From positions 513,171-577,170 of the forward strand of contig CAVTHK010000013.1 of assembly GCA_963734495.1 (NCBI GenBank): a stretch of 64,000 nt of DNA, given 5' to 3'. The translations under genes were made by a program, and so were the position numbers. The first letter of the stretch is position 1. The number at the start of each line of letters is the position of its first letter. A model generated the notes under the pieces. It was given only the letters and a program-made list of their open reading frames with translations. It did no database searches and was not told the origin of the DNA. The stretch is from an uncultured Spirochaetota bacterium. GTDB taxonomy: Bacteria; Spirochaetota; Spirochaetia; SZUA-6; CAVTHK01. Positions 50,836 through 62,551 of this stretch are shown here, piece by piece.

Positions 50836-52309
50836 TCCTGCTCCTCCTCGTTGCGATCCCGCTGGCGTGCGGGCTCCTGGCGTGGCCGGCGAGCCGCGGC
50901 CGCTCTTCGCTGGGCCGGTGGATCTCGCTTGCCGGGACCGCGGCCACCTTTGTCCTCTTCGTCATACTCTGGACGCGGTGGTCGCCGGCGCCCGACGCCG
51001 CCCCCTGGCTGGCCGAGGCGTCGCTGCCGTGGATCCCGTCGCTCGGCATCAACTTCACGCTCGCGGTCGACGGCCTCTCGCTGCCCTTTGTCGGGCTCAC
51101 GGCCTTTCTCGGGATCGTGTCCGTGCTCGCCTCCTGGAAGGGAATCACGGAGAGGGTCGGGTTCTTCCACATGAACCTCCTCCTCGTGCTCGCGGGCGTC
51201 ATGGGCGTCTTTCTCGCGCTCGACCTCTTTCTCTTCGCCTTCTTCTGGGAGCTGATGCTCGATCCCGATGTACTTCCTCATCGACCTGTGGGGGCACGAG
51301 AACCGCCACCGCGCGGCGATCAAGTTCTTCATCTTCACGCAGGTCGGCGGGCTGCTGATGCTCGTGGCGATCATCGGCCTCGCCCTCGAGCACCGGGCGG
51401 ACACCGGCATCCTCTCCTTCGACTACCGCTCGCTCCTCGGCACGGCCCTCCCGCCCGCCGTGGAGTGGGCGCTGATGCTGGGCTTCTTCGTCGCCTTCGC
51501 GGTCAAGCTCCCCGCGTTCCCGCTGCACACGTGGCTGCCCGACGCGCACACCGAGGCGCCGACCGCGGGCAGCGTGGTGCTCGCCGGGCTCCTGCTGAAG
51601 ACCGCGGGCTACGGCCTGATCCGCTTCGTGCTCCCGCTGTTCCCCTTCGCTTCCCGGCTGTTCGCGCCGGTGGCCACGGCGCTCGCCGTCGCCGGGATCC
51701 TCTACGGCGGCCTGATGGCCTTTGCCCAGAACGACATGAAGCGCCTCGTGGCCTACACCAGCGTGAGCCACCTCGGCTTCGTGCTGCTCGGCGTCTTCGT
51801 CTTCAACACGCAGGCGCTCACGGGCGCGGTGGTGCAGATGGTGAGCCACGGCGTGAGCACGGGCGCGCTCTTCGTCCTCGTCGGCAGCCTCCAGGACCGC
51901 ATCCACACCCGCGACCTCGAGCGGATGGGCGGGCTGTGGAAGCAGGTGCCCCGCATGGGCGCCGCCGCCCTGGCGCTCGCCATGGCCCTCGTCGGCCTGC
52001 CCGGGCTGGTCAACTTCGTCGGCGAGTTCCTCGTGCTGATCGGCACGTACCGCGTGAGCCCGCTGCTCGCGGTCCTCGCGGGGGCGAGCCTCATCGTGGC
52101 CATGGTCTACGCGCTGCGGCTCTTCGGGATGTCGTTCCACGGGAGCCCGCGCGAAACCTGGACCCTTCCCGATCTTTCGGGGGTGGAGACGATGGTCCTC
52201 TTCGGCATGATCCTGGTGCTGGTGGCGCTCGGCCTCTACCCGGGCCCCGTGCTCCGCGTCGTGGACATGGTGCGTCACGGGAGTCCTGGCCGCGGGAGCC
52301 ACGCCGTGA
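50832..52309 (+). CDS. nuoM: NADH-quinone oxidoreductase subunit M (frameshifted)
   Basis: FFWELM, AVKLPAFPLHTWLPDAHTEAPTAGS, KRLVAYTSVSH, NFVGEF. Confidence 0.94.
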
Positions 52310-53745
52310 ACGCGTCGGACCTGGCGGCTCTCGCCCCGCTGCTGATCGTGGCGGCCGGCGCGCTCGTCGTCCTGCTCGCGATGGCGATCCGCGCGCGGTA
52401 CGCGGTGTCCTTTGCGCTGACCGTCGTGACGCTCGCCGCGGCGCTCGCCTCGCTCGGCGTCGCCGCGCCGCGAGGCGCCCCGCGCCTTCACCGCGCAGAT
52501 CTCGGTCGACGGCTTCGCGCTCTTCGCGATCGGGCTGATCCTCGCGGCCACTCTCGCGGTCGCCCTCATCTCCTGGCCCCGGATGAAGGAGCCCGAGGAC
52601 GAGCACGGCGAGTACCACTTTCTGCTGCTGCTCGCCTCGCTCGGCGCCTGCGTGCTCGCCGCCGCGAGCGCCTTTGCCGCGTTCTTTCTCGGCCTGGAGC
52701 TCCTGAGCGTCTCGCTCTTCGGCATGATCGCCTACAGGCGCGAGCGAGTCGCCCGGCACCGAGGCCTCGATCAAGTACCTCGTGCTCGCGGGCGTCTCGG
52801 CGGCCTTCGTCCTCTTCGGCATGGCCCTGGCGTACGCGGAGACCGGCTCGATGGAGTTCGCGTCGGTCCTCGCGGCCCTGGCAGCCGGCACGCGGGGCCT
52901 GCTCATCCCGGGCATCGGGCTCATGATCGTCGGCATCGGGTTCAAGCTCGCGGTCGTGCCGTTCCACCTGTGGACGCCGGACGTCTACGACGGCGCCCCC
53001 GCGCCGGTGGCCGGCTACATCGCCACCGTGTCCAAGGGCGCGGTCGCCGTGCTGCTGATGCGCCTGCTCGGCCCCGCGATCGCCGCGGTCGGCGGGCCGC
53101 TGCCCTGGATCTTCGGCGCGATCGCGGCGGCTTCGATGTTCGTCGGGAACCTGCTCGCGCTGCGCGAGAGACAACGTCAAGCGGATCCTCGCCTACTCCT
53201 CGATCGCGAACCTCGGCTACCTGCTCGTCGCGTTCCTCGCGCCGCGGCGCGGAGGCGCGCCGTGCGGTCGCCTTTTATCTCGTCGCGTACTTTGCCGCGG
53301 CGCTCGGGGCCTTTGCCGCGGTCACGGCGCTGTCGACGCGCGAGCGCGAGGCCGACGCGACCTCGACTCCTGGCGCGGGATCGCGCGCACCCGGCCCTGG
53401 CTCGCCGCCGGCTTCACCGTGCTGCTGCTGTCGCTGGCCGGGCTCCCGCTGACCGCCGGCTTCGTCGGCAAGTTCATCATCCTGCAGGCGGGCGCCGGCG
53501 CGGGCCAGTGGGCGCTCGCGATCATGCTCGTGATCAACACGACGATCTCCATCTTCTATTATCTGAAGGTGGTCTCCGCGATGTACCGCAGCCGCGACGA
53601 GGGCGCCGCCGGGGCGGCCGCGGGGGCCGCGCGTGCGCATCCCCTCGCAGGCCTTTCGCTCGCGCTGCTGTCGGTCGTTGCGGTCGCGCTGGGCGTGTAT
53701 CCGGCGCCCCTGCTGCGGCTGATCGAGCAGCTCGCCGCCGGCTGA
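52306..53745 (+). CDS. nuoN: NADH-quinone oxidoreductase subunit N (frameshifted)
   Basis: LGLELLS, FKLAVVPFHLWTPDVYDGAP, SLAGLPLTAGFVGKF, YYLKVV. Confidence 0.94.
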
Positions 53746-53793
53746 CCGCCGTCGGCTTGCGGCCGCCCGCTGCCGCGCGTCTATGCTGGGAGC

Positions 53794-54405
53794 GTGACCG
53801 CTCGGCAGCTCCTCGAGCTCAACGGCGACTTTCGCCACTCTCCCCTCATCGAGACCGCGCGGCGGCTGCACGCCGCGTTCTCGCGGGCGGGGGCGGACTA
53901 CGCCATCGTCGGCGGCCTCGCCGTGGCGCGCAACGGCGCGGTGCGGACGACGGAGGACGTCGACGTGCTGACCGAGCGTGCGCGGCTGGGCGAAGGTCCG
54001 GCAGCAGGCGGCGCTGAGTTCGATTTCGGCGTGGACAAGGCGACGGATCGAGCGAGCGGGGTCGAGGTGGACTGTGCTCTTCGCCGGCGAGGACTGGGGC
54101 CTTCCTTCAACCTGTCCCCTCTATGCCGTATCGGAGCTCGACGAGGCGCTCGGGGCGCGGTTCATGGATCTCGGGCACCTCTGGAGCTCAAGTGCGCCGT
54201 CTACCTCTCGAAGAAGGCGCACGAAGGCATGGAGCTCGCGGCCAAGGATCTCGCCGACGTGGTGCACCTGATGCAGGCCAACCCGCAGAGGATCGGCGAG
54301 CCGCTGTTCGCCGGGGCGCACCCTGCCGTCAGGGACGAGCTCAACCGCATCTGGCGGAGCATCAAGGGCAAGGGCGGGACCCGCCGCCGGCCCGGTCGCC
54401 GTTAG
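53794..54405 (+). CDS. Nucleotidyltransferase-superfamily protein (DUF6036/AbiEii-like; frameshifted)
   Basis: YAIVGGLAVARNGAVRTTEDVDVL motif; later LELK...KDLADV. Confidence 0.7.
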   Translation: MTARQLLELNGDFRHSPLIETARRLHAAFSRAGADYAIVGGLAVARNGAVRTTEDVDVLTERARLGEGPAAGGAEFDFGVDKATDRASGVEVDCALRRRGLGPSFNLSPLCRIGARRGARGAVHGSRAPLELKCAVYLSKKAHEGMELAAKDLADVVHLMQANPQRIGEPLFAGAHPAVRDELNRIWRSIKGKGGTRRRPGRR

Positions 54406-54552
54406 GCGCCTCGCTTCCCGAGCCGCCGCGCGTGCGGCGGCGCGCCGCCCTTCAACCTTGTTTTCACTTCACTCCGGACGCTCCCTGTGTCAGTATAGGG
54501 CGAGGCTGGCGGGCTCGTGCCTCCGGCTGTCGCGAAAGGGGAGGCTCACAAA

Positions 54553-56542
54553 GTGAAGCTCAGGTCCGTCGCAGGTCTCCGACTTCAGGTGCATCAGGGA
54601 CGCGTGCTCTTTCGAGGCATCGGACATTACCTGTCTCATCGGGAAGAACGAGTCCGGAAAGACGGCCATTCTCGAGGCGCTGTACAAGCTGAACCCGGTG
54701 GTGCCGGAGCACGGCTCTTCGACGTCGACGACGACTTTCCGCGGGTCGACGTCGAGGACTACCGGCTGCGGGTGACCAACGGCGAGAGGGAGCCGGCGGT
54801 GGTGATCCGGGCGACCTTCGACCTGGAGGCCGACGACCTCAAGGATCTGGGGGCGGACTTTCCCGCGCTGCTCGAGCGGCCGCAGCTCACGCTCTCCAAG
54901 GGCTACCGGAACGAGGTCGTCGTGGAGCTGGCGGCCAGCGAGGAGCGCGCGGTGGAGTCGCTGATGCGAACGGCGGCCGCGGCGACCTCCAAGTCCCGGG
55001 CGCTGGCCAGCGTGCACGACGCTCGAGGAGCTCTCGGCGGCGCTCGAGCCGTTCGCGCAGGAGGAGTCGGTCGGCAAGCTCCTCTCGTTGATCGCGGGCA
55101 TCAGGGAGAAGGGCCTGGTTCGTTTCCTGTACGAGCGCTACCTGGCGGGCAGGGTGCCGAGGTTCCTGTACTTCGACGAGTTCTACCAGATGGAAGGGCA
55201 GGTCAACGTCGAGGCCCTGATCGAGCGCAGGCGCAGCAACCGCCTCCTCGATTCCGACCACCCGCTGCTGGGGCTCGTCGACCTGGCCCGGATGGACCTC
55301 GAGGAGATCTGCAACCCGAAGAGGGCGCTGCAGAGAGACAACCGGCTCGAGGGCGCGTCCAACCACCTGACCCGCACCGTGATGAAGTACTGGTCGCAGA
55401 ACCGCTTTCCTGGAGATGCGCTTCGACATCCGGCCGGGGCTGCCCGACGACCCGCCCGGCATGCAGACCGGCACCAACCTCTGGGGCCACGTCTACAACT
55501 CGAAGCAGCGGGTGACGACCCTGATGGGGCGGCGGTCGCGCGGGTTCGTCTGGTTCTACTCGTTCGTGGCCTGGTTCTCCCAGCACAAGCAGAGCGGCGT
55601 CGCCGCTCATCGTGCTGCTCGACGAGCCCGGCGTCCACCTGCACGGGACCGCGCAGCGGGACCTGCTGCAGTACCTGGAGGACGAGTGCGCGTCGGGGCT
55701 CCAGGTGATCTACACGACGCAGTCGCCCTACCTCATCGACCACCGCCGGCTCGACCGGGTGAGGATCGTGGAGGACCGCACTGTCGAGGATCGCGAGTTC
55801 TCCTTTGCCTCCACACCGAGGCAGGGGACGCAGGTCTACAGGGACGTGACGCAGGCCTCCCGCGAGAGCAAGCTCCCGCTGCTGTCGGCGCTCGGGTACA
55901 GGATGCTCGACGGCTTCTCGCGCGGGCCCGTCCATTCTCCTCGTCGAGCGGGTGGCCGACGTCCTGTACCTGCAGACCATGTCCTCGCTGCTGCCGCAGG
56001 GCGGGCTCGACCCGCGGTGGAAGATGACGCCGGTCGACGGGGCCAGCAGGATCGCCGTGCTCGTGGGGCTCACCGGCCGGAACGAGGGACAGATCGATCG
56101 CCGGGGTCTTCTCGGTGGGCGCGGACGACGCGCCCGAGACCCCCATCCTCGCTCGAGACGGAGGTCCTGCAGAAGGAGCGCATCTTCTGCTACGAGCGGT
56201 TCGCGAACCTGCCCGCGGCGGACGTCGAGGACATGTTCGACCCCGAGTTCTACCTGGACCTGGTGAACGCGGAGTACGCGGAGGTCCTCGCCCAAGCCGC
56301 TCGCGCAGAGCCACCTCAAGCCCAAGCGCCTGAAGATCGCGGAGCGGATCGCGCAGCACACCCTCAAGCACCCGCTGGCCGACGGCGTCGTGTTCAACCG
56401 CGAGAGACCGGCGATGCGCTTTGTCGAGAACGTGAGCACGCTCGGGGACCGGCTCTCCTCGGACACGCTCAAGCGGTTCGAGCGGCTGTTCGCGGCGCTC
56501 AACGCGCTGCTGCCGCCCCCGCCCGAGGCGCCGGCGGAGTAG
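54553..56542 (+). CDS. ABC-type ATPase of the OLD/AAA_15 class with a C-terminal TOPRIM-like region (frameshifted)
   Basis: Own translation: FRCIRD...ITCLIGKNESGKTAILEAL (Walker A), RSRGFVWFYSF, LLDEPGVHLH, VIYTTQSPYLID, LLVERVADVLYL, ADVEDMF. Confidence 0.8.
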
Positions 56543-56603
56543 GCGCCGCGCCGCGGCCGAGGCGGCGGGGGGCGCCGGCCGGGACAGCGGCCTGGGGGCC
56601 GGA

Positions 56604-57068
56604 TCAGGACATCGCGTACCGGGGTATCCGATAGGACGCGAGCAGCGCCTCGTTGACGAACACGCCGAGCGAGTACCGGCCCGATTCCTTCGACTCGCGC
56701 ACGATCCAAGTGCTGCTGAGACCGCCAAAGGTGCCGCGCACCACCGAGCCGGCTACGATGATGCCGTGCCGTTCCTGGTGGCCCAGGATCGCGGAGTGGG
56801 CGAGCCCGTTCCCGGACAGGCAGCGCACGACCCATCTGAGCGGCAGCGAACGGGTGATCCTCGTGATGAAGAGACCGTAGTTGAGCTCCGCGGCACGGTA
56901 GAGGCCGCTCCCCGTGACGCTGATCCTCACGCCCTCTTCGTAGATCCGCCTCACTTCGCCGTCGGTCAGCTTCCGGCCCCAGGATTGCGCCACAATGTTG
57001 AACAGCTCTTCGAGCGCCCGTTCGTCGAGTCGCCGCAAAGCCTTGAGGTCGAGGTGGATCGCCGGCAT
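56604..57068 (-). CDS. Hypothetical protein
   Basis: 154-aa ORF with a GGAGG RBS and protein-like composition; fills the gap; no motif recognised. Confidence 0.55.
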   Translation of the reverse strand: MPAIHLDLKALRRLDERALEELFNIVAQSWGRKLTDGEVRRIYEEGVRISVTGSGLYRAAELNYGLFITRITRSLPLRWVVRCLSGNGLAHSAILGHQERHGIIVAGSVVRGTFGGLSSTWIVRESKESGRYSLGVFVNEALLASYRIPRYAMS

Positions 57069-57128
57069 TCTGCCTCCACTGCCGAACCGTCAATTTACAC
57101 GCTCACGCGCGTGTCGGCAACTTTGCGT

Positions 57129-57155
57129 TCCAGTCGCTCCAGTCGCTCCAGTCGC
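57129..57155. repeat. 9-bp tandem repeat (TCCAGTCGC)x3
   Basis: Read directly, intergenic upstream of valS. Confidence 0.85.
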
Positions 57156-57280
57156 CGGAGCCCCACCGCGCGGCGCCGGGCGCCTCAGCCAGCGCCTCGG
57201 CCGCTCCTGCCAATGTTGACACTCCCGGCAGCTTACCTTCATCATTCCATCCTCAGAGAAGGACAGGAGTTACAGCGCTC

Positions 57281-59960
57281 ATGCCTCGTACCTTTACCGC
57301 GGTGGACACGGCAGCTCTGCCCAAGCATTTCGAATCGGCCGAGGCCGAGAAGAGATGGAACACGGTCTGGCAGGAGAAGGGTCTCTACCGCTACGACCCC
57401 TCGCGGCACGCGCGCCGAGACCTTCGTCGTCGACACGCCGCCGCCGACCGTGTCGGGCTCGCTGCACATCGGTCACGTCTACAGCTACACGCACACCGAC
57501 GTCACCGTCCGCTACCAGCGGATGAAGGGCAAGAAGATCTTCTACCCCATGGGGTGGGACGACAACGGGCTGCCCACCGAGCGGCGCGTGCAGAACTACT
57601 ACCACGTCACCTGCGACCCGAGGCTGCCCTACGAGCCGGGCTTCGCGCCGGCGCAGGCGACCGCGGAGCAGCGCAAGGGCCCGGCGCGGCCGGTCTCGCG
57701 CAGGAACTTCATCGAGCTCTGCCACGGGCTCACGGGCGAGGACGAGAAGGCGTTCAAGGAGCTCTGGACCCGCCTCGGCCTCTCGGTCGACTGGCGCGAG
57801 GAGTACGCGACCATCGACGACCGCTGCCGGCGCCTCGCGCAGTACTCGTTCATCGACCTGTATCGCAAGGGCCACGCGTACAACCGCGAGAGCCCGACGA
57901 TGTGGGACGTCGATTTCCGCACCGCGGTCGCCCAGGCCGAGGCCGAGGACCGGCTGACCGCCGGCGCGTATCACCGCATCGCCTTCGGCGTGCGCGGCAC
58001 GACGCGAGACGTTCGTGATCGCCACGACGCGGCCCGAGCTGCTGCCCGCCTGCGTCGGCGTGACCGCGCACCCGGACGACAAGCGCTACCAGGCGCTGTT
58101 CGGCAAGGAGGCGGTGACGCCGCTGTTCCGCGTGCCCGTCCCGATCTTCCCGAGCGAGGAGGCCGATCCCGAAAAGGGCACCGGCATCCTCATGGTCTGC
58201 ACGTTCGGCGACGCGATGGACGTCGAGTGGTGGCAGAAGCACTCGCTGCCGCTCCGCCAGATCGTGGGAATGGACGGAAGGCTGACGCCGGCGAGCTTTG
58301 GCGCGCGGGCGGCGCGGAGGGGCGGCGACGGGTGGCCTTCGCTCGATGCGGCGGCGGCCAACGCGTACTACGCGCGGATCGCGGGCAAGACCGTCAAGCA
58401 GGCGCAGAGGGAGATCGTCGAGATCCTCCGCGACCCGAACGGCGGCGCGGTCGGCGGCGGCGCTCCGCTGCAGGGCGAGCCCGAGCCGATGCAGCACCCG
58501 GTCCGCTACTACGAGAAGGGCGAGCGCCCGCTCGAGCTCGTGACCACGCGGCAGTGGTTCGTGCGCCTGCTCGACAAGAAGGAGATGCTCCTCGCCAAGG
58601 GACGCGAGGTCACGTGGCACCCCGGCTACATGGCCGCGAGATACGCCAACTGGACGGAGAACCTTCAGCTCGACTGGTGCATCAGCAGGCAGCGCTTCTT
58701 CGGCGTTGCCTTTCCCGGTGTGGTTCCCGATCGACGCAACGCGGCGAGACCGTGTACGACAAGCCGATCCTCGCCGACCCCGCGACGCTGCCCATGGACC
58801 CGATGACCGACGTGCCGCCCGGATACCGCGAGGATCAGCGCGGCAAGCCCGGCGGCTTCGTCGCCGAGAAGGACGTCTACGACACCTGGTTCACCAGCTC
58901 GCTCACGCCGCAGATCGGCTCGCACTGGACGCAGGATTCGGCGCGGCACGCCAAATTGTTCCCCGCGGACGTGCAGGCCGCAGGCGCACGACATCATCCG
59001 GACGTGGGCCTTCTACACGATCGTCAAGGCGGCGCTGCACGAGGACAAGGTGCCGTGGCACAACGCGATGATCTCGGGCTTCATCGTGGACCCGGACCGC
59101 AAGAAGATGTCCAAGAGCAAGGGCAACGTCGTCACGCCCCTGCAGTACCTCGACAGCTACACCGCCGACGGCGTGCGCTACTGGGCGGCGAGCGCGAGGC
59201 TGGGCACGGACACGATCTTCGACGAAGGGGTGATGAAGAACGGCCGCCGCCTCGTGATCAAGATCTTCAACGCGGGCAAGTTCGTGCTCGCCTACGGCGG
59301 CGAGAAGCGGCCGATCACGGAGGCGCTCGACCTCGCGTTCCTGCTCAAGCTCCGCGACCTGGTCGCGCAGGCGACAAAGCTCTACGAGCGCTACGAGCCG
59401 GCGCTGCAGGAGACCGAGGACTTCTTCTGGCACAACTTTACGGACACCTACATCGAGCTCGCCAAGGCGCGGGCGCGCGCGGCGGGCGAGCCGGGGGCGA
59501 GCGAGGAGGCGAAGCAGGCGGGCGGCAGCGCCGTGGCCGCGCTGCGCCTGGGCTTGAGCGTGCTGCTGCGGCTGTTCGCGCCGGTGCTCCCCTACATCAC
59601 CGAAGAGGTGTGGTCGTGGGCCTTCGCCGCCGAGGACGGGCCCGAGTCGATTCACGCGGCGCCGTGGCCGGGCGGAGGCGGATTTTGCGGGCGTCGCGCT
59701 GCCGGCGAGTGCGGCGGCGTTCGATGCCGCCGTCGCTGCGCTCGGCGAGATCCACAAGGCGAAGACGCTCGGCGGGCTCTCGATCAGCAAGGAGATCCGC
59801 AGCCTCGTGCTCGCGGGCGCGAGGGAGTCGCTGGCCGCGCTGGACCCCGCGGTCGGCGACGTCATGGCCGCGGGCCGCGTCGACCTCGTGGAAGCTGCTC
59901 GAGGACGCGGGGACGGCGCCCGGGACGTTTGCGGTCAAGGAAGTGGTGTTCGCGGAATAA
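57281..59960 (+). CDS. valS: Valine--tRNA ligase (frameshifted)
   Basis: [60 protein letters not shown]. Confidence 0.95.
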
Positions 59961-60020
59961 GGCGGGGGGCGGCGCGGCCGGTCGGGGCCGACCTGAGCCG
60001 CCGAGGCAAGGAGGAAGGGA

Positions 60021-61727
60021 ATGGCGAAGGTGAAGGCAAAGGCGAAGGCGAAAGTGAAGCAGCGGGAGGCGTGCGTTCTCGGCATCGACTTCGGGACGGA
60101 CAGCGTGCGCGCCCTCGTCATCGACGCCGGACAGCGGCGAGGAGCTCGGCAGCCACGTCGCGGCGTACCCGCGGTGGAAGCGGGGCCTCTACTGCGACCC
60201 GGCGAAGAACCAGTTCCGTCAGCATCCCCTCGACTACATCGAGAGCCTCGAGGCCTCGGTGCATGGGCGCGCTCAAGAAGAGCGGCCCCGGCATCGCGAA
60301 GACGGTCGTCGGCATCGGGATCGACACCACCGGCTCGACTCCCTGCGCCGGTGGACAAGGAGGGGACTCCCCTCGCCCTCACGAAGAAGTTCGCGGAGAA
60401 CCCCAACGCGATGTTCGTGCTGTGGAAGGACCACACCGCGGTCAAGGAGGCCGAGGAGATCAACCGGGTCGCGCGCAGCTGGGGCGGGACCGACTTCACG
60501 AAGTACGAGGGCGGCATCTACTCCTCGGAGTGGTTCTGGGCCAAGATCCTGCACGTGCTGCGCGCGGACAAGGCCGTGCGCGCCGCGGCTTTTTCGTGGG
60601 TGGAGCACTGCGACTGGATGACCGCCGTGCTCACGGGCAACACCGATCCCCTGACGCATCAAGCGCAGCCGCTGCGCAGCCGGCCACAAGGCCATGTGGC
60701 ACGCCGAGTGGGGCGGGCTGCCGGACGAGCGCGTTCCTCGTCGCGGTCGATCCGCCTGCTCGCGGTCTTGCGCGAGCGGCTCTACAGGGACACCTTTACC
60801 TCGACGTCAAGGCGGGGATCTCAGCGCGGAGTGGGCCGGGCGCCTGGGGCTCAACCCCGGCATCGCGGTCGCGGTCGGCGCCTTTGACGCGCACATCGGC
60901 GGCGTCGGCGGCGGGATCACGCCGGGCACGCTCACCAAGATCATGGGCACCTCGACCTGCGACATGCTCGTCGCCCCGGCGGCCGAGGTCGGCGGGCGCA
61001 CGGTCGCCGGCATCTGCGGCCAGGTGGACGGCTCGATCGTCCCGGGCCTCATCGGGCTCGAGGCGGGGCAGTCGAGCTTCGGCGACGTGTACGCCTGGTT
61101 CGCGAGCGTGCTCTCGTGGCCGCTCGAGGCCGATCGACGTCAAGGAGCGGAACGCCGAGGCGGTCAAGAGCGCGATCGGCGCGCGGATCATGGAACGGCT
61201 GAACGAAGAGGCGGCGCGATCCCCTCGAGGAGACCGGCCTGCTCGCCCTCGACTGGCTCAACGGCCGCCGCACGCCCGACGCGGACCAGCTGCTCAAGGG
61301 CGCGGTCATCGGGCTGTCGCTCGGCACCACGGCGCCCCGGATCTACCGCGCGCTGGTGGAGGCCACGGCGTTCGGCTCGCGCGCGATCGCCGAACGCTTC
61401 CGCGAGCAGGGCGTCGAGATCAAGGACGTCGTGGCCCTGGGCGGCATCTCGCAGAAGTCGCCCTTCGTCATGCAGGTCTCCGCCGACGTCCTGAACATGC
61501 CGATCAGGGTGGCGCGCTCCGAGCAGGCCTGCGCCCTCGGCGCCGGCATGTTCGCCGCCGTGGCCGCGGGCCGGTACAGGAACGTCGAGGCGGCGCAGAA
61601 GAAGATGGGCAGCGGCTTCAGCACGACGTACAAGCCGGACAGGAAGCGCGCGGCGAAGTACGAGGCGCTGTACCGCAAGTACCTGCGGCTCGGCGAGGCG
61701 CTCGCCCCGATGCTGCGGGAGCTGTAG
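60021..61727 (+). CDS. araB: Ribulokinase (frameshifted)
   Basis: GIDFGTDSVRAL, LWKDHTAVKEAEEIN, YSSEWFWAK, MGTSTCD, GICGQVDGS, EATAFG. Confidence 0.93.
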
Positions 61728-61761
61728 GGGCCGGCCCGCGCGCCCCAACTGGGAGGTTCGT

Positions 61762-62460
61762 TTGGCTGGTTTCACCGACCTTCAGAAGAAGGTCTACAAG
61801 GCCAACATGGAGATCGTCGAGCTCGGGCTCGTCGTCTCCACGTTCGGCAACGTTTCGGGCATCGACCGCGAGCGCGGCGTCGTCGCGATCAAGCCGAGCG
61901 GCGTCCCCTACGCGGAGCTTTCGCCCGACAACATGGTCCTGGTCCGCCTCGCCGACGGAGCGCGCCTGGAAAAGGGGCTGCGACCTTCGTCAGATACAAA
62001 GACTCATCTCCGTCTCTACCGCGAGTGGAAGGAGATCGGCGGCGTCGTGCACACGCACTCGCGCTACGCCACCGCGTGGGCGCAGGCGCGCAAGCCGCTG
62101 CCGTGCTTCGGCACGACGCACGCAGACTACTTCTACGGCAGCGTGCCGTGCACCGAGGTGATCCGCGACGACCAGATCGTGCGCGACTACGAGGAGGAGA
62201 CCGCCGTCCAGATCCTGGACGCGTTCGAGACGCTGGACTACAAGGCGGTCCCGGCGGTCCTGGTCGCGTCGCACGGCCCCTTCACGTGGGGCCGCGACCC
62301 CGCCGAGGCGGTGCACAACAGCCAGATGCTCGAGTATTCGGCGGAGCTCGCTTCGATCGCGCTGGCCCTCACGCCCGGGCTGGCGCCGGTCCGGCAGGCG
62401 CTGCTCGACAAGCACTACCTCCGCAAGCACGGAAAAGACGCGTACTACGGGCAGAAGTAG
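61762..62460 (+). CDS. araD: L-ribulose-5-phosphate 4-epimerase
   Basis: GNVSG, IKPSGV, PSSDT, HTHS, GTTHADYFYG, HYLRKHG. Confidence 0.95.
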   Translation: MAGFTDLQKKVYKANMEIVELGLVVSTFGNVSGIDRERGVVAIKPSGVPYAELSPDNMVLVRLADGARLEKGLRPSSDTKTHLRLYREWKEIGGVVHTHSRYATAWAQARKPLPCFGTTHADYFYGSVPCTEVIRDDQIVRDYEEETAVQILDAFETLDYKAVPAVLVASHGPFTWGRDPAEAVHNSQMLEYSAELASIALALTPGLAPVRQALLDKHYLRKHGKDAYYGQK

Positions 62461-62551
62461 GCCTGAGGCGCGAGGGCCTATTCCACCGTCCTCCCCTGGG
62501 GCCGGGTCGCGGCCGGGAAGGTGATCGTCCATGTTGTCGGGGCGTCGGAAG

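Noticed and set aside
57069-57280. T-box upstream of valS
   Set aside because: No T-box consensus or terminator visible; only a 9-bp x3 repeat and a TTGACA.
60021-62460. araBD without araA as a novel pathway
   Set aside because: araA may lie elsewhere in the genome; this cannot be assessed from one window.
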